This document shows positions 20,440 to 30,027 of a DNA stretch of 64,000 nucleotides, in pieces. The translations under genes and the position numbers were made by a program. The stretch is taken from assembly GCA_902492205.1 (NCBI GenBank), contig CABUKU010000001.1, forward strand, positions 295,218 to 359,217, given 5' to 3'. Origin of the DNA: an uncultured Bacteroides sp. Its GTDB lineage: Bacteria; Bacteroidota; Bacteroidia; Bacteroidales; Bacteroidaceae. The notes under the pieces were generated by a model, which saw only the letters and a program-made list of their open reading frames with translations, did no database searches and had not been told where the DNA came from. Position 1 is the first letter of the stretch; every line of letters starts with the position of its first letter.

Positions 20440-20529
20440 AGATAAAGTGGAGATTAGAAAAGTTAAATGTTCATTGCAACTCACTTATACACAGATAACT
20501 GGATGTTAGATGAACATTTGAAGGTAAAA
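20437..20529. repeat. Right arm of 93-bp imperfect inverted repeat (pairs with 18188-18280)
   Basis: Begins at the VapE stop codon TGA; 72/93 identical to the reverse complement of the left arm. Confidence 0.85.
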
Positions 20530-20655
20530 TGAGAATATATAGTAGACAGTGCATATACGACTTTTACTAAAGTTCAGTATTTATGTGCTATTTAAGAACT
20601 ATTTATTTGAATGCAGATTTCTTTTGTAATTTAGCATAATTATATTAAAGTACGA

Positions 20656-21531
20656 ATGGCAAAGACTATAATAGATAGCAAACCTTTTTCGAACGATACG
20701 TTTAACTTGGAAGAATTCAACATTTATACAAAGATCAGTGATCTGCCTCTTACCGAGACTCCTGTATATCTCGAAGAGGGAATAAATGGGGTTTGTACCG
20801 GAGGATCAGCTCTTTTCAATGTATTCTCCAATAAACGGAAAGTCACAAAAAATGATTTGGTAACTCTTTTCCCTTATCAGTTGACCAGCATAACAGAGAT
20901 TAGTAATGACTTTTCTATGGTATTTTTCAAAGTACCTAAAAAATTATTTATGGATACTATAAGCGGTGTCTATAGGCCGACTCTTGATTATTTCTTTTAT
21001 ATTAGGAAACATTATAGTTCTCCAATGTGTGAAGAAGAGTGTAAAAGGTTTATACATTTTTGCCACTTATTGACCTTCCGTGTGGACTTACCTTGCTGTT
21101 TTTTCAGAAGGGAGTCGGTCATGAATCTGCTGAGAGTGTTTTACTGGGATATATATGTAGCTTACAAGAGTAACCCTAAAGCTGTCAAATCTGTAAAATT
21201 TACGCATAAGGAAAAGTTGGTCTTTGATTTTTTCTGCTTGGTTATAGAATATCATTCGGTAAGTCGTGATGTCGCATTTTATGCCGAGAAAATGTGTATC
21301 TCTCCCAAGTATTTGACAATGTTGATTACGGATAACACCGGACATTCGGCAAAAGAGTGGATTGTAGAATATACGATACTTGAAATCAAGGCTTTACTAA
21401 GAGAATCCAATCTTGAAATAAAAGAGGTGGTCTCAAGAACCAATTTTCAATCAAACTCTACAATGACGCGTTTCTTTCGCAAACATACGGGTACGACTCC
21501 ATCGGAATATCGGGAGAATGTTCTTTTGTAG
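20656..21531 (+). CDS. AraC family transcriptional regulator
   Basis: VAFYAEKMCISPKYL, FFRKHTGTTPSEYR. Confidence 0.9.
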   Translation: MAKTIIDSKPFSNDTFNLEEFNIYTKISDLPLTETPVYLEEGINGVCTGGSALFNVFSNKRKVTKNDLVTLFPYQLTSITEISNDFSMVFFKVPKKLFMDTISGVYRPTLDYFFYIRKHYSSPMCEEECKRFIHFCHLLTFRVDLPCCFFRRESVMNLLRVFYWDIYVAYKSNPKAVKSVKFTHKEKLVFDFFCLVIEYHSVSRDVAFYAEKMCISPKYLTMLITDNTGHSAKEWIVEYTILEIKALLRESNLEIKEVVSRTNFQSNSTMTRFFRKHTGTTPSEYRENVLL

Positions 21532-21575
21532 GTTTAAGATAACAGGATATGTAGACCAACACAGGCAGCTAAATC

Positions 21576-22187
21576 ATGAAAGAGCTTCTCAAAATAGCGG
21601 ATGAAATCACCGGGGATATAAAATTTATAACTGATATAGGAGAAAGAATTAATATCTCTATCATTCAAGAGGAAAAATCTATTGTTATCCGGATTTCTTT
21701 ATCGGACAAGGAGTATAAGGAATGTTCCCAAGCTCCGATAAGCTTGGAAGAGATCAATATACGGCTGGTTCATTTGTTGCAGACCAGGAAGGCATTAGAA
21801 AGTATATTAAGGTTGGAAAAGATAACATTACCCGAACAAATGGGGGGCAAGCAACCGGATATGAGGCAAGCCTTGATTAATAAGCTTGTGTCGATTATGG
21901 AGGATCACATGGAAAATACGGAATTCAATGTCACCATGCTTTGCCGATTGTTGGGAATGAACAAGAAATTATTATATCGGAAAGTCAAACAACTGACAGG
22001 TATTACACCGGTGAGTCTCCTTCGGCGGGTAAGGATGACAAAAGCTGCCATGCTTTTGTCGGATGGCGGATTTACAGTATCGGAAGTCATGTACATGGTA
22101 GGCTATTCAAATCCCTCTTATTTTTCCAAATGTTTTATGGCTGAATATAACATCACTCCAAGCCGATATGCGTCAGGAAAAATTTAA
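21576..22187 (+). CDS. AraC-type HTH regulator resembling the C-terminus of hybrid two-component systems
   Basis: LYRKVKQLTG, SEVMYMVGYSNPSYFSKCF. Confidence 0.8.
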   Translation: MKELLKIADEITGDIKFITDIGERINISIIQEEKSIVIRISLSDKEYKECSQAPISLEEINIRLVHLLQTRKALESILRLEKITLPEQMGGKQPDMRQALINKLVSIMEDHMENTEFNVTMLCRLLGMNKKLLYRKVKQLTGITPVSLLRRVRMTKAAMLLSDGGFTVSEVMYMVGYSNPSYFSKCFMAEYNITPSRYASGKI

Positions 22188-22246
22188 ATGAAAGATCCAG
22201 GAAACCAATATAAGGTCTCTGATAACAGTATTGTTTGATTATAAAA

Positions 22247-22292
22247 AATGTGTGAAGAATCGTGTCCCGAAACTTCACACATTATTTTTTTT
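22247..22292. terminator. Bidirectional terminator between the AraC gene and the LruC-domain gene
   Basis: AATGTGTGAAG...CTTCACACATT with A-run before and T-run after. Confidence 0.7.
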
Positions 22293-22296
22293 GTTT

Positions 22297-24228
22297 TTAT
22301 TTTCCCGTTAACTTGTCTTTCTGGTATTTCATATACCAATCCTTATAGTTGGCTCCTTTAGAATTCGCCCATTTGGAAAACTCGGGATATTCTTCGTCGA
22401 TGCCATATTTTTCTGTCACTATTGTAAATTTTAGTATTGGAATATCAATGGCGAACGGATAAGCACCTTCTCTATCGATGTAATATGCATCGTCTTCCGT
22501 TCCTATTTTGTCTTGGTCTGCCATTGATGTTGCCTTGTGCTTCGGCAAATGAACTTCTGTTCTATTTGTTTGTCCTTCCACATAGTTTACAATTATATAT
22601 GGGTTATAGGGGTGAGATGACAATTCGTCTTTTGTAAAAGTTCCGTTGAACTCTCTTGTAATCTGATATGACTGTCCTTGAACCGCCTTTGCATTCGGGA
22701 AAACAATAATGGAAGATGTTTCTTTTTCATATATCACTCCATCCGGTAAGGTTGCCAAATTACCAATATATCCTCCATCTATTTGATAAGCAAAAGCATT
22801 TTTGTATTTAGCTCCGTCATGTACCGGCTTAAAAGTATCGATAATTTTTGTTACCATATTCTTTTGATTGAAATATGTTTCATGGCTGTATTCAATCACA
22901 ACATCATTCATATCATAATCTCCACCGGTGGGCCAAATGTCTTCATAAGCCAATGTTCCGGAGATTGTTTCAATCTCATCCGGCTTTTCGGGATCATCTT
23001 TGCCTTCATCCGGAATAGTTGGTCTGCCTGTATCGTCAATAGATGTTTCCGGAGAGGCATTCACATAGAACAACAAGTCGCAGTAACTTTTATTAGGTCC
23101 ATCTTCTGCTCCAAGAATCGTCTTGCCGCTTTTTTCATCTTTTACGGAGACAAAGCTTGGCATATTGAACTTTGGATTGGAAGTGAGAAGTTTAGATACA
23201 TTAATGTAACCTTCCAAATTGTCTTCATAATAATTGGAATTAAAGCCCTCGGCATAAATAAACCATCCTACCGTATATCCTTTCGGGAATGTTTCCGAGG
23301 CGTTTCCGTTCTCATCAAAATATAGCAAACGAACTTTACTCCCACACTCTAAAACCGGACCATATTTCCCTTCATATGCATAATAAGTCACATTAGGGAA
23401 TACAATATACTTTCGTATTTTGTCCACGTCAACGGATGTTTCGGTTTTATAAAAATAATATCCGAATGTATTGTTGAATTGTGCATCTCGATTGAGAAAT
23501 ATAACATCTAATGCAGTGTTGTCCTCTTTTATCGAAATATTAATAGTTTGAGGATCTCTAAGTAGATGTGAATTGTCCTGACCACCTATGGCAAAGAATT
23601 TTCTCATCCGGTCTGCCAATTCCACAACGCTTTCACTGCCAACATTTTTTTCCACTGACAAATATGTATTGCTTAAAATGCCTCCTTCTTCCCATTTGGA
23701 TAATGAATATAGATTTTGAGAATAGTTTACCGGGTAAGGTACACCGGTCAACGAGGCGCGAGTAACAGATTTTTGTCGGGAATTTAATTTTGCTGACATG
23801 TCAAAGCTGACTGCATTATCTTTAACTTCCAGTTCTACACACCTTGGCAATCCCCATGTTTCTGTATATAAATAAACTTTATCGATAGAAGTCGGAATGT
23901 TCATCTTTCCTTCATATTTGCCATTATTGTCAGCATAGATTTTGAACAATGCTTCTATACCTTCTTTCTTTGCCAAAGTACCTTCTGAGATTTCCATTGG
24001 ATTCTCACCATATATTTCTATAAGAGGAGTAAAACCGGAAATGTTATAGTTGACAGAAAGTTTCACATCACTGCGCATTTCAAAGTCGAAATACTCTTCC
24101 GGGGCAGGCAGAGGATTTTTATTATAGTTCGGATCATATACATCTTTTTCCATGCACCCCGTCATAAACCCCGAAAGCACAAGTGCTATAATCAAAGCTC
24201 CAATGTTGAATAAGTGATTTTGTTTCAT
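22297..24228 (-). CDS. LruC-domain (DUF4842-type) surface lipoprotein
   Basis: Lipobox FMTGC-MEKDVYDP, GTLAYEDIWPTGGDYDMNDVV, RTEVHLP, YPEFSKWA...DWY. Confidence 0.85.
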   Translation of the reverse strand: MKQNHLFNIGALIIALVLSGFMTGCMEKDVYDPNYNKNPLPAPEEYFDFEMRSDVKLSVNYNISGFTPLIEIYGENPMEISEGTLAKKEGIEALFKIYADNNGKYEGKMNIPTSIDKVYLYTETWGLPRCVELEVKDNAVSFDMSAKLNSRQKSVTRASLTGVPYPVNYSQNLYSLSKWEEGGILSNTYLSVEKNVGSESVVELADRMRKFFAIGGQDNSHLLRDPQTINISIKEDNTALDVIFLNRDAQFNNTFGYYFYKTETSVDVDKIRKYIVFPNVTYYAYEGKYGPVLECGSKVRLLYFDENGNASETFPKGYTVGWFIYAEGFNSNYYEDNLEGYINVSKLLTSNPKFNMPSFVSVKDEKSGKTILGAEDGPNKSYCDLLFYVNASPETSIDDTGRPTIPDEGKDDPEKPDEIETISGTLAYEDIWPTGGDYDMNDVVIEYSHETYFNQKNMVTKIIDTFKPVHDGAKYKNAFAYQIDGGYIGNLATLPDGVIYEKETSSIIVFPNAKAVQGQSYQITREFNGTFTKDELSSHPYNPYIIVNYVEGQTNRTEVHLPKHKATSMADQDKIGTEDDAYYIDREGAYPFAIDIPILKFTIVTEKYGIDEEYPEFSKWANSKGANYKDWYMKYQKDKLTGK

Positions 24229-24565
24229 AAATATAGTTTGATAGTTATTTTGTATGTTGTTTACTGCGTGTGTTTATTTTATATTTACTATTCCAATGAG
24301 ACAGTAAATGTATTTTGTGCAAATTTAGGCTATATAAATCACATGTATTGGCACAAAAATGCCAAAGAATAACACAAAATGAACAAGGGAAGCAAAAGAA
24401 GATATGTCAAAAAAAAGAGGGCACAAATGGCTCTTGGGATTTAACAATACAAAAACGATATAAATCCGATTATGATTGTCAGATTTATACCGTTCTATTG
24501 AGAAATAGAGGAGGAGCAGAACTTTTTCAGTGTTTTTATTAAGATGTGCCCCTCTTTTATTTATA

Positions 24566-24877
24566 TCAGAAATTATATTTTCTTTTCGGATTCTTCGGAA
24601 ACCAACCCTTTTTCACCCGTTCTTCTTGCTCGAATATTTCTTTGATGGTCCAGAAAGAGGAGAAAGAGAAAACGCCTAATAAAGAAGAGATCATCAGATT
24701 GTCAACCCAAAGGGTGGCAGCTATGCCTGCGATACCTAAAACAAGGAATATCCACCAGCATTTTGTTCCCCAATAATATTCGGCCTTTACTACTACCGGA
24801 TGGAATAATCCGATGATAAGAAAAGTGCAGATTCCTATAACCAGACCTGATAAATGATAGGTGTCAAGGAACTCCAT
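24566..24877 (-). CDS. DUF4491 family membrane protein
   Basis: IIGLFHPVVVKAEYYWG, EQEERVKKGWFPKNPKR. Confidence 0.85.
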   Translation of the reverse strand: MEFLDTYHLSGLVIGICTFLIIGLFHPVVVKAEYYWGTKCWWIFLVLGIAGIAATLWVDNLMISSLLGVFSFSSFWTIKEIFEQEERVKKGWFPKNPKRKYNF

Positions 24878-24878
24878 A

Positions 24879-25346
24879 TTATTGCTTGTTTTGGCAGATT
24901 GGAATTTCTTTCTTTATGCTTTGCTCTAAAGAAATAAGGGTTTCGGTAGCTGTAACTCCCGGAATTTCCTGCATTTTAGAATTAAGAAGTTCCATCAGAT
25001 GCTCATTGTCACGGGCATATACTTTGGTCAACATAGTATAAGGACCTGTTGTGAAGTGACATTCTACAATTTCCGGAATATTTTCCAATTGGGCAACAAC
25101 GTCTTTATACATAGAACCCTTTTCGAGCTTGATTCCTACGTATGTACATGTTCTGTAACCTAAACTTTTCGGGTTTACATGATACCCGGAACCGACAATA
25201 ACGCCCAGGTCGATAAGTCTTTGAACACGTTGATGGATGGCAGCGCGTGAAACACCGCATTCTGCAGCAACATCTTTAAAAGGAATACGTGCATTTTGCG
25301 AAATAATCTCCAGAATTTGTCTGTCGAGGCTATCTATCTTTTCCAT
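24879..25346 (-). CDS. asnC: Lrp/AsnC family regulator
   Basis: IDSLDRQILEII..NARIPFKDVA HTH, ECHFTTG. Confidence 0.88.
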   Translation of the reverse strand: MEKIDSLDRQILEIISQNARIPFKDVAAECGVSRAAIHQRVQRLIDLGVIVGSGYHVNPKSLGYRTCTYVGIKLEKGSMYKDVVAQLENIPEIVECHFTTGPYTMLTKVYARDNEHLMELLNSKMQEIPGVTATETLISLEQSIKKEIPICQNKQ

Positions 25347-25480
25347 GATATAATTGATTATAAATTATTATCTTGTCAATTTGTAAGCAAATATAGGGAT
25401 ATTTTTTATTTTATCTATAAAAAGGAAAGAAAAATCGGATAAAACGTCTTAAATATTTCGTTTTATTTGTTCACGGGAAT

Positions 25481-25515
25481 AAAAAAGAGCACGGACAAAT
25501 AAAGCCCGTGCTCTT
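25481..25515 (-). terminator. Intrinsic terminator after the FKBP genes
   Basis: AAGAGCACGG...CCGTGCTCTT with a T-run on the minus strand. Confidence 0.7.
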
Positions 25516-25533
25516 GTTTATATAATTATGCTA

Positions 25534-26421
25534 TTATTTCTTCTTTGCAGGATCAACAATATCAAGGAGTTCTACTTCAAATACGAGAGTTGAGAACGGT
25601 TTGATTTGAGGATTTCTGTCTGAAGCTCCGTAAGCAAGTTCCTGAGGGATGTAAAGTTCCCATTTAGAACCTACAGGCATCATAGTCAATGCTTCTGTCC
25701 ATCCGGGGATAACTTGGTTTGCAAAGAATTCAGCCGGTTCGTTACGTTTGTAAGAGCTGTCGAATTCGGTTCCGTCAACCAAAGTTCCTTTGTAGTTTAC
25801 TTTCACTTTAGAAGAATCGGCCGGGATAGCACCTGTTCCCTTAGTGATGATCTTGTATTGAAGACCGCTGGGAGTAGTGATTACACCTTCTTTTGCTTTG
25901 TTTTCTTCCAGGAATTTAACTCCGGCTTCTTTGTTTGCTGCATATGTTTTTTCAAGAGCTTTTGCTTTTACGGCTTCCATTGCAGTACGAGTGTACTTGT
26001 CGGCTTCTTCCATTGTCATCACACCACCTTTTTCAAGAGTTCCGGCAATGAAACCTGCCAGGAAGTTGTCAAGGCTGATAGTTTGTGTAGAGTCGTTTCC
26101 GAACAATTCACGGTTGATGCCTTTCATCATTTGGTTGCTGATTTGCTGTCCGATCTGGATACCTGCAAAGTAAGCAATATCTTTTTTGCTGGTTGCGCGG
26201 GCACCTTCGTTCAAACCTTTGATGAACTCGTTCATGTAAGCTGTGTCTACATCAAGTCTGCCTGTTAAATAGTTTTTCAAACCGTTTGTTTGAGCCATAC
26301 CGATAGAGTAAGACAAAGAGTCGACATCGCTCTTAAGATTTGCTTTGGGAGCTTGAGCTGTACAAGAAGCCATGCTTACTGCTACAGCAGCTACTGCCAT
26401 AAAAATGCTTGTTTTTTTCAT
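25534..26421 (-). CDS. FKBP-type peptidyl-prolyl isomerase (exported/lipoprotein)
   Basis: DSLSYSIG, SGLQY, YKGTLVDGTEFDSS, VIPGWTEAL. Confidence 0.93.
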   Translation of the reverse strand: MKKTSIFMAVAAVAVSMASCTAQAPKANLKSDVDSLSYSIGMAQTNGLKNYLTGRLDVDTAYMNEFIKGLNEGARATSKKDIAYFAGIQIGQQISNQMMKGINRELFGNDSTQTISLDNFLAGFIAGTLEKGGVMTMEEADKYTRTAMEAVKAKALEKTYAANKEAGVKFLEENKAKEGVITTPSGLQYKIITKGTGAIPADSSKVKVNYKGTLVDGTEFDSSYKRNEPAEFFANQVIPGWTEALTMMPVGSKWELYIPQELAYGASDRNPQIKPFSTLVFEVELLDIVDPAKKK

Positions 26422-26441
26422 CTGCTTTTAAATGTTTTATA

Positions 26442-27026
26442 TTATAATACTTCAATTAATTCTACATCAAAGATTAATGTGCTGTGAGGAGGAATCAATT
26501 CTCCGGCTCCCTGTGCTCCGTAGCCCAGTTCGGCAGGAATGTAAAGTCTCCATTTAGAGCCCTCTGTCATTAACTGCAAAGCTTCAACCCATCCCGGGAT
26601 CACTTGGTTTACACCAAAGATTGCAGGTTCGCCTCTTTTGATGGAGCTGTCGAACAAAGTTCCGTCAACCAAAGTTCCTTCATAGTCGCATTTAACTCTG
26701 TCGGTTGCACTTGGCTTTTTGCCGTTTCCTTCTTTCAGAACTTCATATTGAAGTCCGCTAGGCAAGGTTTTTACATTAGGATTCTTTTGATTGTCTTCAA
26801 GGAACTTCTTTCCTTTTTCTATGTTTGCTGCATTCATCTTGGTTTCAAGTTCGGAAAAGTATTTATTTACTATTTCGCGAGCTTCTGCGTGGCTGATTGC
26901 AGTAGGATTCTTTTCCAATACGTCTTTGATTGCTTGAGCAAAGTCGTCTACATTGATAGCTTGAGCGCCCATGCTCAGAAGGTTCTGGCCTATTCCCAGA
27001 CCAATGGCGTAACTAAATTTGTCCAT
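26442..27026 (-). CDS. fklB: FKBP-type peptidyl-prolyl isomerase
   Basis: MDKFSYAIG, LPSGLQY, GTLFDSS, VIPGWVEAL, IPPHSTLIF. Confidence 0.88.
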   Translation of the reverse strand: MDKFSYAIGLGIGQNLLSMGAQAINVDDFAQAIKDVLEKNPTAISHAEAREIVNKYFSELETKMNAANIEKGKKFLEDNQKNPNVKTLPSGLQYEVLKEGNGKKPSATDRVKCDYEGTLVDGTLFDSSIKRGEPAIFGVNQVIPGWVEALQLMTEGSKWRLYIPAELGYGAQGAGELIPPHSTLIFDVELIEVL

Positions 27027-27190
27027 TCTTATATAATATATATAGTTATTTGATACTTCCTTTAAGTTGGCTATGAATCAGCCTTTTATAAAAGGCTCAC
27101 AAAAATAAGTCTTTTATTTGAATGATTCTTCTTTTACCGATTTAAAATTTCTTATTTTTGTAATTGTTGTTTAAAGAAGGAGAGCTAATT

Positions 27191-27898
27191 ATGAAGAACT
27201 TAGTAGTGTTATCGGGTGCCGGTATGAGTGCCGAGAGTGGGATAAGTACATTCCGTGATGCAGGCGGTTTATGGGATAAATATCCTGTGGAACAGGTTGC
27301 TACTCCTGAAGGTTATGCCCGTGATCCGAAATTAGTGATTGATTTTTATAACACAAGGCGTAAACAGTTGTTGGACGTGAAGCCCAACAGAGGGCATGAG
27401 CTTTTGGCTGAGTTGGAAAAGGATTTTAATGTGACGGTTGTCACACAAAATATTGATAATCTGCATGAGCGTGCCGGAAGCAAACATATAATACATTTGC
27501 ATGGGGAACTGACAAAGGTTTGTTCCAGCCGTGATCCGAATAACCCTCATTATATAAAGGAGTTGAAGCCGGAAGAATATGAAGTGAAAATAGGTGATCT
27601 GGCAGGTGACGGTTCTCAGCTCCGTCCGTTTATCGTTTGGTTTGGCGAAGCTGTACCCAAAATTGAAACTGCTATCGACTATGTGGAGAAAGCGGATATA
27701 TTTGTGATTATCGGGACTTCGATGAATGTATATCCTGCTGCCGGACTATTGAACTATGTTCCTCGTGGTGTTCCTGTTTACTTAATTGATCCTAAAGAGG
27801 TTAGGGTGAATAGTAACAGGGATATTCGTGTTATTCAAAAAGGGGCATCGGAAGGAATGGCAGAATTGAAATCTATCTTGTTAAAAGATATTTCCTGA
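27191..27898 (+). CDS. cobB: Sir2-family NAD-dependent deacylase
   Basis: SGAGMSAESGISTFRD, TQNIDNLHERAG, HLHGE, RPFIVWFGE, GTS. Confidence 0.93.
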   Translation: MKNLVVLSGAGMSAESGISTFRDAGGLWDKYPVEQVATPEGYARDPKLVIDFYNTRRKQLLDVKPNRGHELLAELEKDFNVTVVTQNIDNLHERAGSKHIIHLHGELTKVCSSRDPNNPHYIKELKPEEYEVKIGDLAGDGSQLRPFIVWFGEAVPKIETAIDYVEKADIFVIIGTSMNVYPAAGLLNYVPRGVPVYLIDPKEVRVNSNRDIRVIQKGASEGMAELKSILLKDIS

Positions 27899-28023
27899 GT
27901 TGTGTTAAACAATATGATTCACTTTTTTGTTATAAAGTTTTAAAAGGGTGGATAGATTTACCTTTGTATTCAAGAATATTTTTAGATTTGTAATCGTTAC
28001 AGATAACTAAATATAAAAGAATT

Positions 28024-28188
28024 ATGAAAAAGTACATTTGCATTGTTTGTGAATACATTTATGATCCGGAAAAGGGTGATCCTGATGGGGGTATTGAACC
28101 GGGAACAGCATTCGAAGATATTCCTGATGATTGGGTTTGCCCTCTTTGCGGAGTAGGCAAAGAAGATTTTGAACCGATCGATGATTAA
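28024..28188 (+). CDS. Rubredoxin (54 aa)
   Basis: Below the ORF-track cutoff; translated by hand: [54 protein letters not shown]. Confidence 0.97.
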   Translation: MKKYICIVCEYIYDPEKGDPDGGIEPGTAFEDIPDDWVCPLCGVGKEDFEPIDD

Positions 28189-28200
28189 TGATTAACGTTC

Positions 28201-28255
28201 AGTGATTAGTGATTAGTTTTTTGCTAATCACTAATCACTAAAAAACTAATCACTA
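28201..28255. repeat. Heptamer-built inverted repeat (AGTGATT/CTAATCA)
   Basis: AGTGATTAGTGATTAG...CTAATCACTAATCACT perfect 16-bp stem plus an extra unit, between convergent genes. Confidence 0.8.
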
Positions 28256-28258
28256 AAT

Positions 28259-29953
28259 TTAAGCTTTCTTTTCTTTTACGTCGCTGCTTGCCTCTACCAC
28301 ATTGACTACATAATCGCCTAGCTTTTCGCATTCGCCTATAATATCCATGTAGTGAACTCCCATTTGATAGTCATATTCCTTATTGTTCACATCCAGAATA
28401 TTTTGATTCTTCAACTGGTTGCGGTAGTTATTGATTTCATTTTCTATATTGAATGATTTGTTGACGTCCATAGAGTGGCGTTCTTGTTTTTCTACCACAG
28501 TAATCATTTGGCTCAATGCATCATCTGTAAGCTTGAACATGATTTGTATATGCTCATACTGCTTCTCTGTGAAATCTAAGTTGGTCTGCTTCTTGCGGTT
28601 GATTGTACGTGCAAGATTATAACAACTGTCTCCGATACTTTCCAATTCGGTTACTTCACGGAGCATGGCTCTGATTTGCAGTTTACTTTCAGAACTTAAC
28701 CTTCCTTCCGAAACCATGTTCAGATAGTTGGCTATTTCTATTTCCATGTTATCGGAAATATTCTCATATTTCTCGATCCGGCTGAAAGTTTTATTGAAAT
28801 CGTTGTCATTTGTAATACGGAGTAAATCCACTACCATTCCGAACATGCGGCGTGTTCTTTCGGCAAACAGGTTTATTTCTTTACGTGCTTGCAATATTGA
28901 AAGTTCGGCTGTGGAAAGCATACCTCCCGAAATAAAACGTAAACGGTATTCTTCCTCTTCTTCTTTTTGAGGGATGATCATGCAAACGGTCTTTTCTATC
29001 AATTTCACAAACCAAATCATGATGAGCACGTTACAGATATTGAAGGTGGTGTGGAAAGCAGATAATTGGAAAGGAATGGCAACCATAGGATCTGAAATAT
29101 TCATTATGGTTTGCACAAACCATTTAACGGCGCTTGTGAAAGGCGTAAACAAGCATAGTACCCAGATAACACCGAATACATTGAAGACAAGGTGCGCCAA
29201 TGCCGCTCGTCGGGCTTGTGTATTTGCCGTTAGTGCCGCCAGATTGGCTGTAATAGTGGTTCCTATATTTTCTCCTAAAACGAGAGCGGCCCCCAATTCA
29301 AAACTAATCCAGCCATTGGCACACATAATCAAGGTTATTGCCATGGTGGCAGCGGATGCCTGTACTATCATTGTGAGGATGGTGCCGATAAAAACGAAAA
29401 GTAGGATAGAAATGAATCCCATGTCGGTATAGTTTTGCACAAATGCCAACATGTCGGGGTTTTGACTTAAGTCGGGGGCATTTTTCTGTAAGAAAGAAAG
29501 TCCCATGAAGAGGAATGAAAAACCAAAAATGAATTCTCCGATGGATTTTCGCGTACTTTTGCTTGAAAAAAGTAACGGTATGCCAAATGCGAGCATGGGC
29601 AATGCGAAAGCTGCAATATCTACTTTAAATCCGAATATCGAAATAATCCATGCAGTAACCGTAGTTCCGATATTGGCACCCATAATGACTCCGATGGATT
29701 GGGTAAGAGTAAGTAGTCCTGCGTTTACGAAACTTACTACCATTACCGTGGTAGCTGAGGAGGATTGGATTAAAGCGGTAATTAGAACTCCGGTCAGTAC
29801 ACCTGTAACCCGGTTGGTAGTCATTGCCGTTAGAATCTTTCTGAGCCTGTCGCCGGCGAACTTTTGAAGTCCTTCACTCATAATCTTCATTCCATAAAGG
29901 AAGAGTGCCAGTGAACCAATGAGCTTTAAAAAATCATAAAAAGAATACTGCAT
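28259..29953 (-). CDS. Na/Pi cotransporter family protein with PhoU-like C-terminus
   Basis: QSSSATT, MGANIGTT, QASAA, GENIGTT, EKLGDY. Confidence 0.93.
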   Translation of the reverse strand: MQYSFYDFLKLIGSLALFLYGMKIMSEGLQKFAGDRLRKILTAMTTNRVTGVLTGVLITALIQSSSATTVMVVSFVNAGLLTLTQSIGVIMGANIGTTVTAWIISIFGFKVDIAAFALPMLAFGIPLLFSSKSTRKSIGEFIFGFSFLFMGLSFLQKNAPDLSQNPDMLAFVQNYTDMGFISILLFVFIGTILTMIVQASAATMAITLIMCANGWISFELGAALVLGENIGTTITANLAALTANTQARRAALAHLVFNVFGVIWVLCLFTPFTSAVKWFVQTIMNISDPMVAIPFQLSAFHTTFNICNVLIMIWFVKLIEKTVCMIIPQKEEEEEYRLRFISGGMLSTAELSILQARKEINLFAERTRRMFGMVVDLLRITNDNDFNKTFSRIEKYENISDNMEIEIANYLNMVSEGRLSSESKLQIRAMLREVTELESIGDSCYNLARTINRKKQTNLDFTEKQYEHIQIMFKLTDDALSQMITVVEKQERHSMDVNKSFNIENEINNYRNQLKNQNILDVNNKEYDYQMGVHYMDIIGECEKLGDYVVNVVEASSDVKEKKA

Positions 29954-30027
29954 CTGTATTTATTTTGGTTGTTCTTTGTCTTTTATCCCAATATCCGGTA
30001 TATTTATCAGTCCCAAACATTAAAAAG

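Noticed and set aside
25714..26268. Long antisense ORFs over highly expressed genes (also 22783-23325, 51727-52299, 52956-53504)
   Set aside because: Shadow frames of well-supported genes on the opposite strand.
27191..27898. Sir2 protein as a defence effector (Thoeris/DSR)
   Set aside because: Short canonical CobB-type deacylase in a housekeeping context with no partner genes.
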